Shown: piece after piece, positions 8,489 through 18,217 of the stretch
Layout of the letters: each line of letters starts with the position of its first letter
Numbering within the stretch: position 1 is the first letter of the stretch
Virus record (IMG/VR): IMGVR_UViG_3300012147_000006
Coordinates: 64,001 to 128,000 of that record
Reading direction: 5' to 3' (one strand)
Origin: a virus
Length of the DNA stretch: 64,000 bases
Position numbers and translations under genes: made by a program
The notes under the pieces: generated by a model
Databases searched by the model: none
What the model saw: the letters and a program-made list of their open reading frames with translations, nothing else
Told to the model about the DNA's origin: nothing

Positions 8489-8830
8489 TTACAATATATT
8501 AATAATCTTTTTTGTCTTCTCTAAATCAGGCAATCCGTTGAACTCTCTTGAAAGTTCTTTGTAGTTCTTTACCAAGTACTCAAGCGTAATTACTTGCACG
8601 TAATTGTATTTATCTCCATACACCAAAATTGCGTGGTATCTATCAGAATAAAGTTCGTTGAACTCCTTAACTCCATCAAACAACATATCAGAATTTGAAT
8701 CCTTTGTTGCTTCATCATAGAACTTTCCAAATGCAATGGTAGATTTTTCTTCCTCTTCCTCCTGACGTTCTTCTGCTAAGTCCCATAGCACCACAGACTT
8801 CAGGTCTTTAAATAATTTTCGCTTACTCAT
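8489..8830 (-). CDS. Hypothetical protein
   Basis: ORF; stop lies in TTGTAA of the next element. Confidence 0.75.
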   Translation of the reverse strand: MSKRKLFKDLKSVVLWDLAEERQEEEEEKSTIAFGKFYDEATKDSNSDMLFDGVKEFNELYSDRYHAILVYGDKYNYVQVITLEYLVKNYKELSREFNGLPDLEKTKKIINIL

Positions 8831-9005
8831 CTTCTAATAAATCTTTACAAGCCCCAATGAATAAATCTAATTCGTTCTGCTCTGACTCTCCCGCTTCTAT
8901 TTCATCTTGCATAAGTTGAAACATATCGTTAACTTCATCTTTTAATTCAGGGTTCTTTCCTAAAAACTCTTTTGCAAATTCTTGTGCTTCTGCTGTTGCG
9001 CTCAT
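8823..9005 (-). CDS. Small acidic hypothetical protein
   Basis: ORF after the promoter at 9030. Confidence 0.75.
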   Translation of the reverse strand: MSATAEAQEFAKEFLGKNPELKDEVNDMFQLMQDEIEAGESEQNELDLFIGACKDLLEDE

Positions 9006-9085
9006 GTTATAATGTTTTTGTTACAAGTGTATAACGATGAGTATTTAAAAAGTTACAAGCTGACGCTTTTCCGCTTCGCTTACAA

Positions 9086-9508
9086 TTATGACTTTAAGTA
9101 AAAGTTGTGGTGTTTTTCAAGAATTTCTCTTTGAATCGCTACTTCTTTAATCGCTTCATCAAGTTTTTTTGAATACTTCGCTTCAACTTCTTCAATGAGT
9201 CCATCGACTCTAATTCTTTTATGAAAGAAGGTACGGTTTATGCGCTCTTTTTCAGCCTTAATTCGGTTTATAATACTTTCCTTGGTTTGAAGCGCTCCTG
9301 TATATTCTAAAGACTTTACACAATGAAATGAAGGCTTCATAATTTCTTCGAACTCTGTTTTGAATTCTGAAATGCTTTTGCCAGCATATTTTTCATTTAG
9401 TTTGTCTTCCATCTTTCCTTCGTGAGGAAAATCTGTAATAACACCATCTTTTACGTTAATAAAAATAGGGTGTCCAAATGCTCTGTCTATATAAAATTGT
9501 GCGTCCAT
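9086..9508 (-). CDS. Hypothetical protein, probably leaderless
   Basis: ATG is 5 nt after GTTATA of the promoter at 9514. Confidence 0.8.
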   Translation of the reverse strand: MDAQFYIDRAFGHPIFINVKDGVITDFPHEGKMEDKLNEKYAGKSISEFKTEFEEIMKPSFHCVKSLEYTGALQTKESIINRIKAEKERINRTFFHKRIRVDGLIEEVEAKYSKKLDEAIKEVAIQREILEKHHNFYLKS

Positions 9509-9543
9509 ATCTGTATAACGATTGAAGTTTAAAAAGTTACAAT

Positions 9544-9819
9544 TTAACGAATCTCAATTGTTAAAAGTTTTGACTGCGCATTATAATAAAAATGCGCTTT
9601 ATTGTTGTCGAACTCTGAACTCACGTAAAAACGACCCAACCTTTTCTCTGTTATCGTTCTCTGCTTGTCCAATTGCCCCAGCAACTCAAAACCAATAGCG
9701 TTAGCCTTTTTCATGCTGGGCATCTTTCCTAAAAAACCACCAGCTTTAATAATATCTTTGACTAATTCGCTGGTAGTTATTTCACTTTTTAACCAGCTGG
9801 CTATATTTAACTTTCTCAT
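9544..9819 (-). CDS. Hypothetical protein
   Basis: ORF with ATGA overlap. Confidence 0.7.
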   Translation of the reverse strand: MRKLNIASWLKSEITTSELVKDIIKAGGFLGKMPSMKKANAIGFELLGQLDKQRTITEKRLGRFYVSSEFDNNKAHFYYNAQSKLLTIEIR

Positions 9820-10010
9820 TTCTTTATCATTGTTTGTGAATACTCATTTTCAAAAGTAGTATCTTTGTGTTGAGTTCCCGAAAATCTGTTTTGTTGGTGT
9901 ACCGTCACCACTTGGTGAGAACCCAACGGCTCCCACCCTTCAGCTTGCATGTCAGCAATCTTTTTATTAAGACCGCTTGCGTGTCTTGAAGTAATTATTT
10001 TCTGCTCCAT
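9816..10010 (-). CDS. Small hypothetical protein
   Basis: Start corrected to MEQKII (TAATG coupling). Confidence 0.7.
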   Translation of the reverse strand: MEQKIITSRHASGLNKKIADMQAEGWEPLGSHQVVTVHQQNRFSGTQHKDTTFENEYSQTMIKK

Positions 10011-10225
10011 TATTTTATCTTTAGTTCTTTTCTTAACCATGCGTTACCTTCCCTATTAGGACTTACAATAAATCCTCTTCCCGTTTCAGCGTGCTGAATC
10101 GAGCCACCGTATCCGTTTTCAAGAATGTTAATTGCATTTTCTGCGCTATACTGACCCCCATCACTTGGTTGAAGGCAGTGGTTTTCGAAGTCATCTTCTC
10201 CTAAAGCTTTACTAATTTCGTACAT
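10010..10225 (-). CDS. Hypothetical protein
   Basis: ORF after the promoter at 10254. Confidence 0.7.
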   Translation of the reverse strand: MYEISKALGEDDFENHCLQPSDGGQYSAENAINILENGYGGSIQHAETGRGFIVSPNREGNAWLRKELKIK

Positions 10226-10303
10226 AAGTTGTTATATTAATTTGTTACAATTATATAACGATGCGAATTTAAAAAGTTACAAACTAACGTTTTTCAGCTT
10301 TGC

Positions 10304-10489
10304 TTACAAAGGGAGAGTTCCGTTTTTGTTACCGAACTTAATAATGTTTTTGACTTGCTCACAATTTTCAATAACAGTCTTACCACCAAATTCAACTTTA
10401 ACCTTTATTAGGGAGAGTCTTAAATCTTGTTGTTCTTGGTTTAAATTTTGTCCTTGTGTCAGTTGGTCGAGCGCTTGATTAATTGTCAT
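10304..10489 (-). CDS. Small hypothetical protein
   Basis: ORF preceded by a TATTTATA motif. Confidence 0.65.
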   Translation of the reverse strand: MTINQALDQLTQGQNLNQEQQDLRLSLIKVKVEFGGKTVIENCEQVKNIIKFGNKNGTLPL

Positions 10490-10529
10490 TTTGAGTGTAT
10501 TTAATTACTTCTATAAATATAGGGAGAAT

Positions 10530-10934
10530 TTATAAACTTTCAAAACTTTTCCATGTCAATTCCCACGCTAAATCTTCAAATTCGTTTTTAGTTAAACCCT
10601 TTTCAATTGACTTTAAAAAATCAAAAGTATCTTTGTCTTTTTTTATTTGACGTTTTCTACTTTTAAATGAATCTCTAAAGAAATGCCAACGCTTTAAACT
10701 AAATTTAATTGAAGCTACGTCTTTAAATGGAATGTAAGCTCCTGCAACGCCATATCCACCTATTGTGTTGGCGAAAACTTTATGACACCTTACAAACCTT
10801 CTATCTCCGTCTGAAAAGTTGTAACAAAAGTAGTACCCAGTCACTCTATAGCTTCTACCATCTTTTGTTTGAAAACTCGACAAACCTATGCAGGTGAAAA
10901 GTTTTATCAACCTTTTTTTAATCCAGTTTTTCAT
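10530..10934 (-). CDS. Basic hypothetical protein
   Basis: ORF in operon. Confidence 0.7.
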   Translation of the reverse strand: MKNWIKKRLIKLFTCIGLSSFQTKDGRSYRVTGYYFCYNFSDGDRRFVRCHKVFANTIGGYGVAGAYIPFKDVASIKFSLKRWHFFRDSFKSRKRQIKKDKDTFDFLKSIEKGLTKNEFEDLAWELTWKSFESL

Positions 10935-10937
10935 ATC

Positions 10938-11156
10938 TTAGTTCAGTGTTGCCTTCCAAAATGTATTTCTTTTTGAAAGTAGTTGAGAATATCTGTTTGC
11001 TTTTTGAATTGCCTCTGTAACATCCGCATGGTTGTCGGGCATAATTCCAATTCCATTTGAATCGAAAACCTCTAATTTAAGTTTAGCAATTTCTTCTGTG
11101 AATTCGAATGGCAATCCTGCCAATCCGTCTATTATTTCATCTTTGTCAAATCTCAT
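10938..11156 (-). CDS. Hypothetical protein
   Basis: ORF after the promoter at 11181. Confidence 0.75.
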   Translation of the reverse strand: MRFDKDEIIDGLAGLPFEFTEEIAKLKLEVFDSNGIGIMPDNHADVTEAIQKANRYSQLLSKRNTFWKATLN

Positions 11157-11241
11157 CTTGTTATGTTTTGGTTACATAAGTATAACGATGAATATTTAAA
11201 AAGTTACAAAAAAGCCCCCAAACTAATTGAGGGCTTTTGTT

Positions 11242-11559
11242 TTATTTTCTTTCTATTCTGTGGTCAATTGTCTGCACCAATACGTCAACGTAAACGTTTT
11301 CATCAATGCTAATTACTTTGCCTTTAAGCGTGGTTAAAATTACTTTGAATGTATCATCCCACCCTAAAATAATGTAAACGTGTCCCTTATGCAAAAATCC
11401 TTCTGACTTGAATCTTAAAAACTTGTCTTTGTTAATTGTCCAAGCGTGCGCACCCCAGCACCATACTGTTTGAAGTCTTCTAAGGTTGTTAAACAAATCC
11501 TTTGGGTCAAATCCTCTTTCTCCTATTTCTGCTGGGTTTAAAACGTCTCCTACTTTCAT
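11242..11559 (-). CDS. Hypothetical protein
   Basis: Start corrected to MKVGDV; followed by a terminator at 11208-11240. Confidence 0.8.
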   Translation of the reverse strand: MKVGDVLNPAEIGERGFDPKDLFNNLRRLQTVWCWGAHAWTINKDKFLRFKSEGFLHKGHVYIILGWDDTFKVILTTLKGKVISIDENVYVDVLVQTIDHRIERK

Positions 11560-11618
11560 AATTTCCTTTTGTTTATTGGTTACATAGGTATAACGACACG
11601 AATTTAAAAAGTTACAAA

Positions 11619-11894
11619 TTAGTAAACCCAAGTTTGTTGAATCTCTATTTTAAAATCTTCCTCTCCTACTTCTGCTTCAACTCTAACAACAACATCTAAA
11701 GGTGGGCTATTTTTAACATCAGAAAACCCAAGACCGTCTTGAATTTTAATAGACGTAACTTTAGCGTCAAAATGACTTTCAATTGCTTTGGTAGCTTTTT
11801 TAACCAACTCTTCTTCGTCTGTAGTATTAGAAATAATTGTACCAATGTTCGGTGCTTCACAGTTGTCTAACTCTATAAGTGTTATTGCTATCAT
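11619..11894 (-). CDS. Hypothetical protein
   Basis: ORF between class I elements. Confidence 0.8.
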   Translation of the reverse strand: MIAITLIELDNCEAPNIGTIISNTTDEEELVKKATKAIESHFDAKVTSIKIQDGLGFSDVKNSPPLDVVVRVEAEVGEEDFKIEIQQTWVY

Positions 11895-11950
11895 AATTTT
11901 ATTTTTATTTGGTTATATCTGTATAACGACAGTAATTTAAAAAGTTACAA

Positions 11951-12211
11951 TTACCAACCCATATTGGCTTCGGCTTGTTTTGCCATTCCTTTTGCAAGGT
12001 GCAACAAATAGTCAAATACATCTCCATTATGAAAATCTATTTTTACAAGCATTGTACGAATTTCTTTTTGCATCTCATTAGGAATGCCTTCAATGAATTC
12101 TATAAGGTTTTGGTATGTAATCCCAATGTGACCTTCAATTTTAATTTCAGCATCAACACTTTTACCTTTCTCTTCAATTAAATTTGCTAGGTATGTCTTA
12201 ATTTCGCTCAT
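11951..12211 (-). CDS. Hypothetical protein
   Basis: ORF between class I elements. Confidence 0.8.
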   Translation of the reverse strand: MSEIKTYLANLIEEKGKSVDAEIKIEGHIGITYQNLIEFIEGIPNEMQKEIRTMLVKIDFHNGDVFDYLLHLAKGMAKQAEANMGW

Positions 12212-12265
12212 TGTCTTTATGTATTGGTTACATAGGTATAACGATAGGAATTTAAAAAGTTACAA

Positions 12266-12643
12266 TTAGTCCAGTCTAAACTTTCTGGCTATTTCTTTGT
12301 GCATTTCTGGCTTAATTACAACATAGTTATTTGAACCTCCTGAATAATCTTTGTTGTGTTTTGCTGTACGAACTAACATTTCTGGCTCATTGTTTCTATT
12401 AAAACCGAATCCACCTCTAACATCTGAAATTGAGAAGTAATAAAATTGCTCATCAACTTTAAAAAATCCGCTCAATCCAAAATGACCTTTACTAAATTCA
12501 ATACTTGTTGCTGCAATGTTTAACAACTCTTTTGTAAACTCTTTTTTGAATAATCTGAAGAATTTATTAAACTCATCAGAGTTTCTTGAACTGCTTCCAA
12601 AATAATTAATTCCTCCTAATAAGTTCTGTACAATCGTTTTCAT
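12266..12643 (-). CDS. Hypothetical protein
   Basis: ORF between class I elements. Confidence 0.8.
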   Translation of the reverse strand: MKTIVQNLLGGINYFGSSSRNSDEFNKFFRLFKKEFTKELLNIAATSIEFSKGHFGLSGFFKVDEQFYYFSISDVRGGFGFNRNNEPEMLVRTAKHNKDYSGGSNNYVVIKPEMHKEIARKFRLD

Positions 12644-12690
12644 ATCTTTTTTGTTTGGTTATATCTGTATAACGAAATTAATTTAAAAAG

Positions 12691-12906
12691 TTACAATCTA
12701 CTTGGAACAAATGAAGGTGAATTTATTTTTTGAATGGCTAAATCTTTCATTGACTCGTCATTACCTCTAACGCCTTCAAACTCTTCTGTTGTAACGTGAA
12801 CAAACACAGGAAACATTTCTCCTTTAAATACAGGTGTCAAGTCACGTCCGCCCTTTGCACTTCTTAATGCACGTATTGAACGGATGTTTTCTTTCTTAAT
12901 TTCCAT
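12691..12906 (-). CDS. Hypothetical protein
   Basis: Start corrected to MEIKKE; stop lies in the next element. Confidence 0.75.
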   Translation of the reverse strand: MEIKKENIRSIRALRSAKGGRDLTPVFKGEMFPVFVHVTTEEFEGVRGNDESMKDLAIQKINSPSFVPSRL

Positions 12907-12959
12907 GTCTTTTGTATTGGTTACAAGCATATAACGATAGTAATTCAAAAAGTTACAAT

Positions 12960-13040
12960 TTCATTCGTCATGACGAACAAGGAAAATATAAGGCAGGTTG
13001 GAGTCTACTCTTCCGACTTATAAAGCCAGGCCCGTTTCCT
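12960..13040 (-). ncRNA. Candidate small RNA, paralog of 15913-15989
   Basis: Promoter at 13046, no ORF; shares AGGAAAC..GGGC and CGGAAGAGTAGACTCCAAC with the second copy. Confidence 0.5.
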
Positions 13041-13257
13041 ATTTGTATAACGATACGATTTCAAAAAGTTACAAATCACGTTTTTCCCGCCCCTTGTGAG
13101 GACGAGTTATGATTAGGAAAAATCAGGTCTGCTCTTGCAGTTGTTAATCTCTGTTTTTTGGAAGTTCAGACTTTGCTGTATCAGAATCTTTTTTTCATGG
13201 CTTCTTTATTTTATTGGTTCTTATCTGTATAACGACTGTATTTTAAAAAGTTACAAT

Positions 13258-13443
13258 TTAATCCTCTTCAAGGTCTTCTTCAAATTCTTCAGCCAATTCA
13301 ATCAAATAATCACCCTCCAAATTTTCGCCAACTTCAAATCCTGGATACACCCCAACTTCTTGACCATTCTTTTCAATTAACATACCGTCCTCTATGTTTG
13401 AAAAAATGTACTTATCTAATCCGCTAAAAATTATTCTTTTCAT
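13258..13443 (-). CDS. Small acidic hypothetical protein
   Basis: Start corrected to MKRIIF. Confidence 0.65.
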   Translation of the reverse strand: MKRIIFSGLDKYIFSNIEDGMLIEKNGQEVGVYPGFEVGENLEGDYLIELAEEFEEDLEED

Positions 13444-13718
13444 TTCTGTTGTTTTTATGTTGTCACACATTAAAACTACGCTTCGCTATTGCTAACACGT
13501 TGTATAAGTAATTGCTCCTCCAACCATTTAACATACCTATCGCTAAATAATACATCATTAAAATGAGGTTCAGACCAACATTTATTATAGGTCTTTTTCT
13601 CAAATTCATCTCTTAATTTCTCTTGTTCTTCTTCCAATTTCTTTAGTTTTTAATTCAGAAACTACTCATACAACCATCTGTTACAGCAGTATAACGATGA
13701 GGTTTTAAAAAGTTACAA

Positions 13719-13901
13719 TTAAAACTTAACTACTGTACACCCTTCTCTATCCGTCCACCACAAAGTCTTTTGAACTCCGTTGCCCATTGTCACCACAACG
13801 GCATCCATAATCTCATCATTCTTTGCTGAACCAACTGAATCTACTGTGTAATCAGTTCCATAAAATTTAATTTGAGAGCCTTGTTGTACTGGATTTGTCA
13901 T
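13719..13901 (-). CDS. Small hypothetical protein
   Basis: Start corrected to MTNPVQ, downstream of the promoter at 13925. Confidence 0.7.
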   Translation of the reverse strand: MTNPVQQGSQIKFYGTDYTVDSVGSAKNDEIMDAVVVTMGNGVQKTLWWTDREGCTVVKF

Positions 13902-14003
13902 GTCTTTTGTTTTGGTTACATCTATATAACGATGAATGTTTAAAAAGTTACAAACTAAAAAAGAGGACATAAGCCCTCTTAATTATCGTATATTCAAGAA
14001 ATA

Positions 14004-14192
14004 CTAAGCTGGTATTATCATTATTTCTTTGTTTTTAATACCAGCATACTTAATTGCAATACCTAATAACTCAGCTTCTTCGTTTGCAAAAGCTTCTTGA
14101 GTTAATAAAATTGTTCCTTCATCTCCAGAACAGGCTTTTACGAATTCTGGTAATTCTTTTTCTACTTTTTTTATTACTTCTTGATTTGACAT
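14004..14192 (-). CDS. Small hypothetical protein
   Basis: Start corrected to MSNQEV, downstream of the promoter at 14219. Confidence 0.7.
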   Translation of the reverse strand: MSNQEVIKKVEKELPEFVKACSGDEGTILLTQEAFANEEAELLGIAIKYAGIKNKEIMIIPA

Positions 14193-14324
14193 ATTTTTTG
14201 TTTTATTGGTTATATCTATATAACGATGACATTTTAAAAAGTTACAGAAATGCGAAAAGGCAGGGTAACAACTCCCTGCCTTCTCTATTTGTAACATTGT
14301 AACATATAACAAACAATAATATTT

Positions 14325-14594
14325 TTAGTTCTGGTTCACCTTCTGGACTAACATCTCTAAGGTATCCCTGACCAGCTCCGAGCTGGTAATTTTTTCTTTT
14401 GTCTTCAGGACGGTCTTCTGGTCTTGCTTCAGGTCATCCTTAAAACTTACCTGAACATCCGACTCCTGTATCCTGTATTCACCAGCAATCATGGTTTTGT
14501 ATCCGTCAATCACATCCTGTCCAGTACATCCCCTGTACTCTATCTGGTACACCTGCTGGTCATCAATGGTGAATACTATCCAAGCCCTGTTCAT
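14325..14594 (-). CDS. Hypothetical protein
   Basis: ORF with ATGA overlap. Confidence 0.7.
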   Translation of the reverse strand: MNRAWIVFTIDDQQVYQIEYRGCTGQDVIDGYKTMIAGEYRIQESDVQVSFKDDLKQDQKTVLKTKEKITSSELVRDTLEMLVQKVNQN

Positions 14595-14908
14595 AATTTC
14601 ACGCCTGTAATTCTAACTACTTTGTTGCTGGAGAAATCACCTTCAAAAAGTTCTTCAAATAACGCCTCCTGCTCATTAATAGCGTAAACCTCATCCCAGT
14701 TGACATATAACACAGGCGTTTCACCGTCCATCTCAATATACACCCTTCCCTGTCTGCCTCTACCTTCGTTCTTGTCGTCATCAGCATCAAAGAATCCGTC
14801 ATACTGCTGGTTTCTTAGAATGAATCTCATTGCAGCCTCAAGCTCCTGAACCTTTGCGGCTATGGTTGCTTTTGCCCACTCTTGTAAATCTTTCTTTGCT
14901 GTTTTCAT
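14591..14908 (-). CDS. Hypothetical protein, probably leaderless
   Basis: ATG is 5 nt after GTTATA of the promoter at 14914. Confidence 0.8.
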   Translation of the reverse strand: MKTAKKDLQEWAKATIAAKVQELEAAMRFILRNQQYDGFFDADDDKNEGRGRQGRVYIEMDGETPVLYVNWDEVYAINEQEALFEELFEGDFSSNKVVRITGVKL

Positions 14909-14936
14909 ATCTGTATAACGATTCAGGTTTAAAAAG

Positions 14937-15266
14937 TTACAAAGGGAGAGTTATAAAATTGTCATCTCCCATAATAAAATCATTCTTTGTAGCGCACACA
15001 TCCACTTTGTATCCCAAGCCCATAAGTTCTTCCAGAGCTTTTGCTGAATTATACACCTGCTCCTTCTGGTTAAGTCTGTGAGAAATCTCTGGCATCAGGT
15101 AAATTACTTGGTCTGGCTTCTCACCTTTCATTGAGGCTGGTAACCCATCTCTTTCCCACGCTCTAACATTGCTCATGCTGAATTTGCATACAACAATATA
15201 ATTAGTCCTATCATTGAACTCTAACCCTATCAAAAGTTCTTTTAATATGTTTAAAATATCTTCCAT
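14937..15266 (-). CDS. Hypothetical protein
   Basis: TAATG coupling; stop lies in the next element. Confidence 0.75.
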   Translation of the reverse strand: MEDILNILKELLIGLEFNDRTNYIVVCKFSMSNVRAWERDGLPASMKGEKPDQVIYLMPEISHRLNQKEQVYNSAKALEELMGLGYKVDVCATKNDFIMGDDNFITLPL

Positions 15267-15610
15267 TAGTCCAGTATAATTTTTTTAGTTAATGGCATAT
15301 TTAAAGCCTCTTCCAGTTCATTTATTTCTACCAGTAATTCCTCTTTCAAAACCTCAACCCTATCCATCTTCGTTGGAAATCTTGAAGCGTCTTTCTCAAT
15401 CATTTGAGTTTTATCTGTATTCTGAATTCTGCCAGTATGGTATCCGCCTGCTTCATTAAGGTAAATTACTTTATTGTTTGTCAACGCCTCCAAATAAACA
15501 TCCATTGCTCTGTTGGTCATGTTCATATGCTTCAGGGCAAATTCCAGTTCCTCTGCGGTTCTAATAATCAGCCAGTAACATCCGTTGCTAAATCCAAATA
15601 AAAATTTCAT
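15266..15610 (-). CDS. Hypothetical protein
   Basis: ORF after the promoter at 15634. Confidence 0.75.
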   Translation of the reverse strand: MKFLFGFSNGCYWLIIRTAEELEFALKHMNMTNRAMDVYLEALTNNKVIYLNEAGGYHTGRIQNTDKTQMIEKDASRFPTKMDRVEVLKEELLVEINELEEALNMPLTKKIILD

Positions 15611-15656
15611 AATTGTCTTGTTGGTTATGTATGTATAACGACACAGTTTTAAAAAG

Positions 15657-15869
15657 TTACAAAGACTTTAATACATCATTGACTTTGAAAAACCAATGTT
15701 GTGTGAACTTATGTTCACTGTCATTTACAAGAGAGAGTATTCCATCCTTTATGACCACCTCACGCTCACTGTATCCCCACTTAGGGCAGGTTAAGTAATT
15801 TCCATCAGGCAAAGCATTATCCATTGCCTTAGCGTTTAATTCTGCGTTGGGTGTCTGCGTTAGTTTCAT
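15657..15869 (-). CDS. Hypothetical protein, probably leaderless
   Basis: ATG is 5 nt after GTTATA of the promoter at 15875; stop lies in the next element. Confidence 0.75.
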   Translation of the reverse strand: MKLTQTPNAELNAKAMDNALPDGNYLTCPKWGYSEREVVIKDGILSLVNDSEHKFTQHWFFKVNDVLKSL

Positions 15870-15912
15870 ATCTGTATAACGATGAGGTTTTAAAAAGTTA
15901 CAAGGGAGAGTT

Positions 15913-15989
15913 TTAAAAAAAGAGGGCGTGTTGGAGTCTACTCTTCCGCCATTTTTGAAATGTCATGCCCGTATCAGTTTCCTACCTAC
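15913..15989 (-). ncRNA. Candidate small RNA, paralog of 12960-13040
   Basis: Promoter at 15995, no ORF, conserved 19-nt block, T-rich 3' end. Confidence 0.5.
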
Positions 15990-16106
15990 ATTCATATAAC
16001 GATGGTTATTTAAAAAGTTACAACGCTTCGCTCGTTCGGGGCAAACAAAGAAAAGGGAGACTTTTCAGCCTCCCCTTATTGTCGTAACCACACAAACAAT
16101 AATCTC

Positions 16107-16685
16107 TTAATAGTTCTGTATCTGTGTTAGTGCATACTTTTCGGTGTATCTTCCGTTGTTGTGTTCGTTACAACATTTTCCACAAGCACTAATTCTTTTC
16201 TTCTTTTTGTGACTCGCACTTTTTTTCCCGCATCCATTTTCACAAACTAATGTGTATTTACTTTGAGTGTCGCTAATGTCCTCCGACTTGTAGCATCTTT
16301 CTGCGGTGCAAAGTACTTTTCTTGCTATTGCTTTCCACACGTTGTTGTGGTGGTTTCTTCCTCCCATTGCTCCATCAAGTGCGTGCGCTAATTCGTGACG
16401 CAATGTGTTTTCAAATTCTAATCCTTTGCTTAAGTTTTGAGTTACCAAATACTTTGAAAGGTAAATCGTTTTGTTTCTGTAATTACAAAGACCTGCTGCT
16501 CTTTTTCTTGAATTATACTCAAACTTCCACCCCAATTCTTTTAAGTTAATAACACTTGCTTCTTTGAAACTGTAAATATCAATTGTCCAAATCGTTGCAA
16601 GTAATCTGTTTGCTAATCTTTCAAGTTCTCCAAGGGTTGTCTTACAGTTTTCCTCGAAGTGCATTTCTTTTGTTAAGTCTTTCAT
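16107..16685 (-). CDS. SprT-like zinc metalloprotease
   Basis: RAAGLC, LRHELAH, HHNNVWK and a C-terminal Cys cluster. Confidence 0.85.
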   Translation of the reverse strand: MKDLTKEMHFEENCKTTLGELERLANRLLATIWTIDIYSFKEASVINLKELGWKFEYNSRKRAAGLCNYRNKTIYLSKYLVTQNLSKGLEFENTLRHELAHALDGAMGGRNHHNNVWKAIARKVLCTAERCYKSEDISDTQSKYTLVCENGCGKKSASHKKKKRISACGKCCNEHNNGRYTEKYALTQIQNY

Positions 16686-16866
16686 TGTCGTTGTTTTTAT
16701 GTTACATACATATAACGATACGATTTCAAAAAGTTACAATTTCTTTCTCTGCGCTTTTCTCTTCTCTCTGCGCTTTTCTTTTCCACACTTTGGAATGTCA
16801 AAGTTTTTGGTGGTTCTACCCTCATCACTATAAGGGTTTGTTATGTAATAAATTTTATCAACCATC

Positions 16867-17259
16867 TTATCCAAAAATTACTTCTCCATATAAACAGTGC
16901 TGAAGCAATTCAGTAGCCGTTATCGCATCATCCCCCTCTTCTTTGTAGGTCAACACTATTTCAGACGCATCTTCATTGCTAAGGGCTTCTATCGCACCCT
17001 CAAGCGTGAATTCTAACGCTTCATCCCCCTCATAGTCAAAAAACTGTAAAGGCTTTCCGCTTTTAAGAATTTGAGCGTAAATGTCCTCACGACACGGGCT
17101 ATTGTCATTCTCTGCGTTCCAAGTGTTTTTCGCTTCCTCATAGTCCTCTTGAACTATGTTTAATCGAACCGAACACATTGCGAGTTCGCTTAACCCTCCG
17201 TTGCAAAGTGCGTTATGCACCATCTCTAAAACTTCTACTTTATCTAAAATAATTTTCAT
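16867..17259 (-). CDS. Acidic hypothetical protein
   Basis: ORF after the promoter at 17284; ends LYGEVIFG. Confidence 0.8.
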   Translation of the reverse strand: MKIILDKVEVLEMVHNALCNGGLSELAMCSVRLNIVQEDYEEAKNTWNAENDNSPCREDIYAQILKSGKPLQFFDYEGDEALEFTLEGAIEALSNEDASEIVLTYKEEGDDAITATELLQHCLYGEVIFG

Positions 17260-17316
17260 GTCTTTTGTTTTTGGTTACAAGTGTATAACGATACGATTTC
17301 AAAAAGTTACAATTAT

Positions 17317-17580
17317 CTAAGCTTCAAAATCTCCAATATATAATTTTCCATTTTGAAAACTTGGCTCATATTCTCCATGCTCTGCTTCCATGTCATCAGT
17401 TTCAAAAAACGTGCTATCTGCCGCTTTCTCTAATTTGTGGCATACACATATAACAACTGACATATCTCCTTGCATTGGGTGCTCAAAGAACTCTATCTCT
17501 TGACCCTTTGAGTTTGTCATTGCTCCGTAGCTTGTCGGGTTATGCTCCATTAATTTTTCGTACTTATAATGCTTTGCCAT
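17317..17580 (-). CDS. Hypothetical protein
   Basis: ORF between class I elements. Confidence 0.8.
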   Translation of the reverse strand: MAKHYKYEKLMEHNPTSYGAMTNSKGQEIEFFEHPMQGDMSVVICVCHKLEKAADSTFFETDDMEAEHGEYEPSFQNGKLYIGDFEA

Positions 17581-17630
17581 TTTGTTTGTCTTTATTGGTT
17601 ACAAGTGTATAACGAAATGAATTTAAAAAG

Positions 17631-17873
17631 TTACAAAACGTTTGCAAGGTTTGTGAAATATGCAAAATCAATTAACATCATTTCTTTTTGTGCCACGGGG
17701 AGAGTTGCAAAATTTGGTGAGCAAATCATATCGCCCAAGGCTTGCATTTTTTGTATTGTCTGAGCTTGTAAGTGACCCGTAGGCATTTCGCCCATTTGTT
17801 GAGGTTGGGGAGAGTTTTGTCCTTCTAACTCTTCTGCTTGTCTTTTTGACGGTGTGTTGAATCCTATTGCCAT
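17631..17873 (-). CDS. Hypothetical protein
   Basis: ORF between class I elements; stop lies in the element. Confidence 0.7.
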   Translation of the reverse strand: MAIGFNTPSKRQAEELEGQNSPQPQQMGEMPTGHLQAQTIQKMQALGDMICSPNFATLPVAQKEMMLIDFAYFTNLANVL

Positions 17874-17930
17874 TTTGTTTATCTTTATTGGTTACATAGA
17901 TATAACGATAGCAATTCAAAAAGTTACAAT

Positions 17931-18149
17931 CTAATTAGGGAGAGTTTCAATGCGTTCTAAGGTGTTTTTATCTACTGAGTAAGGCTGGCTATGCCCGTTA
18001 CCTTTTAAGACCAATACAATAGGTATTGGGGAGAGTTCTAATAGTATTCCATGCACAGTAACGCCATCGCCAATGCCACACGTACCAACTGCCTTAACAA
18101 GTCCGCCAATCATCTTTTTTGCATCTTCTAATAATACTATCTTTGCCAT
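17931..18149 (-). CDS. Hypothetical protein
   Basis: ORF. Confidence 0.6.
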   Translation of the reverse strand: MAKIVLLEDAKKMIGGLVKAVGTCGIGDGVTVHGILLELSPIPIVLVLKGNGHSQPYSVDKNTLERIETLPN

Positions 18150-18217
18150 TAGGGAGAGTTTCTAAGTTTATAAAAAAAAAGGGGAGCAATTCGCCCCCCT
18201 CGTTGTTGTTTCGTTTC

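Noticed and set aside
1537-17919. Recurrent peptide CNFLxxxRY (and YND..LKSY on the plus strand) as a protein motif
   Set aside because: It is the DNA element translated in ORFs whose starts were over-extended. The plus-strand ORFs in 1-18.8 kb are antisense shadows.
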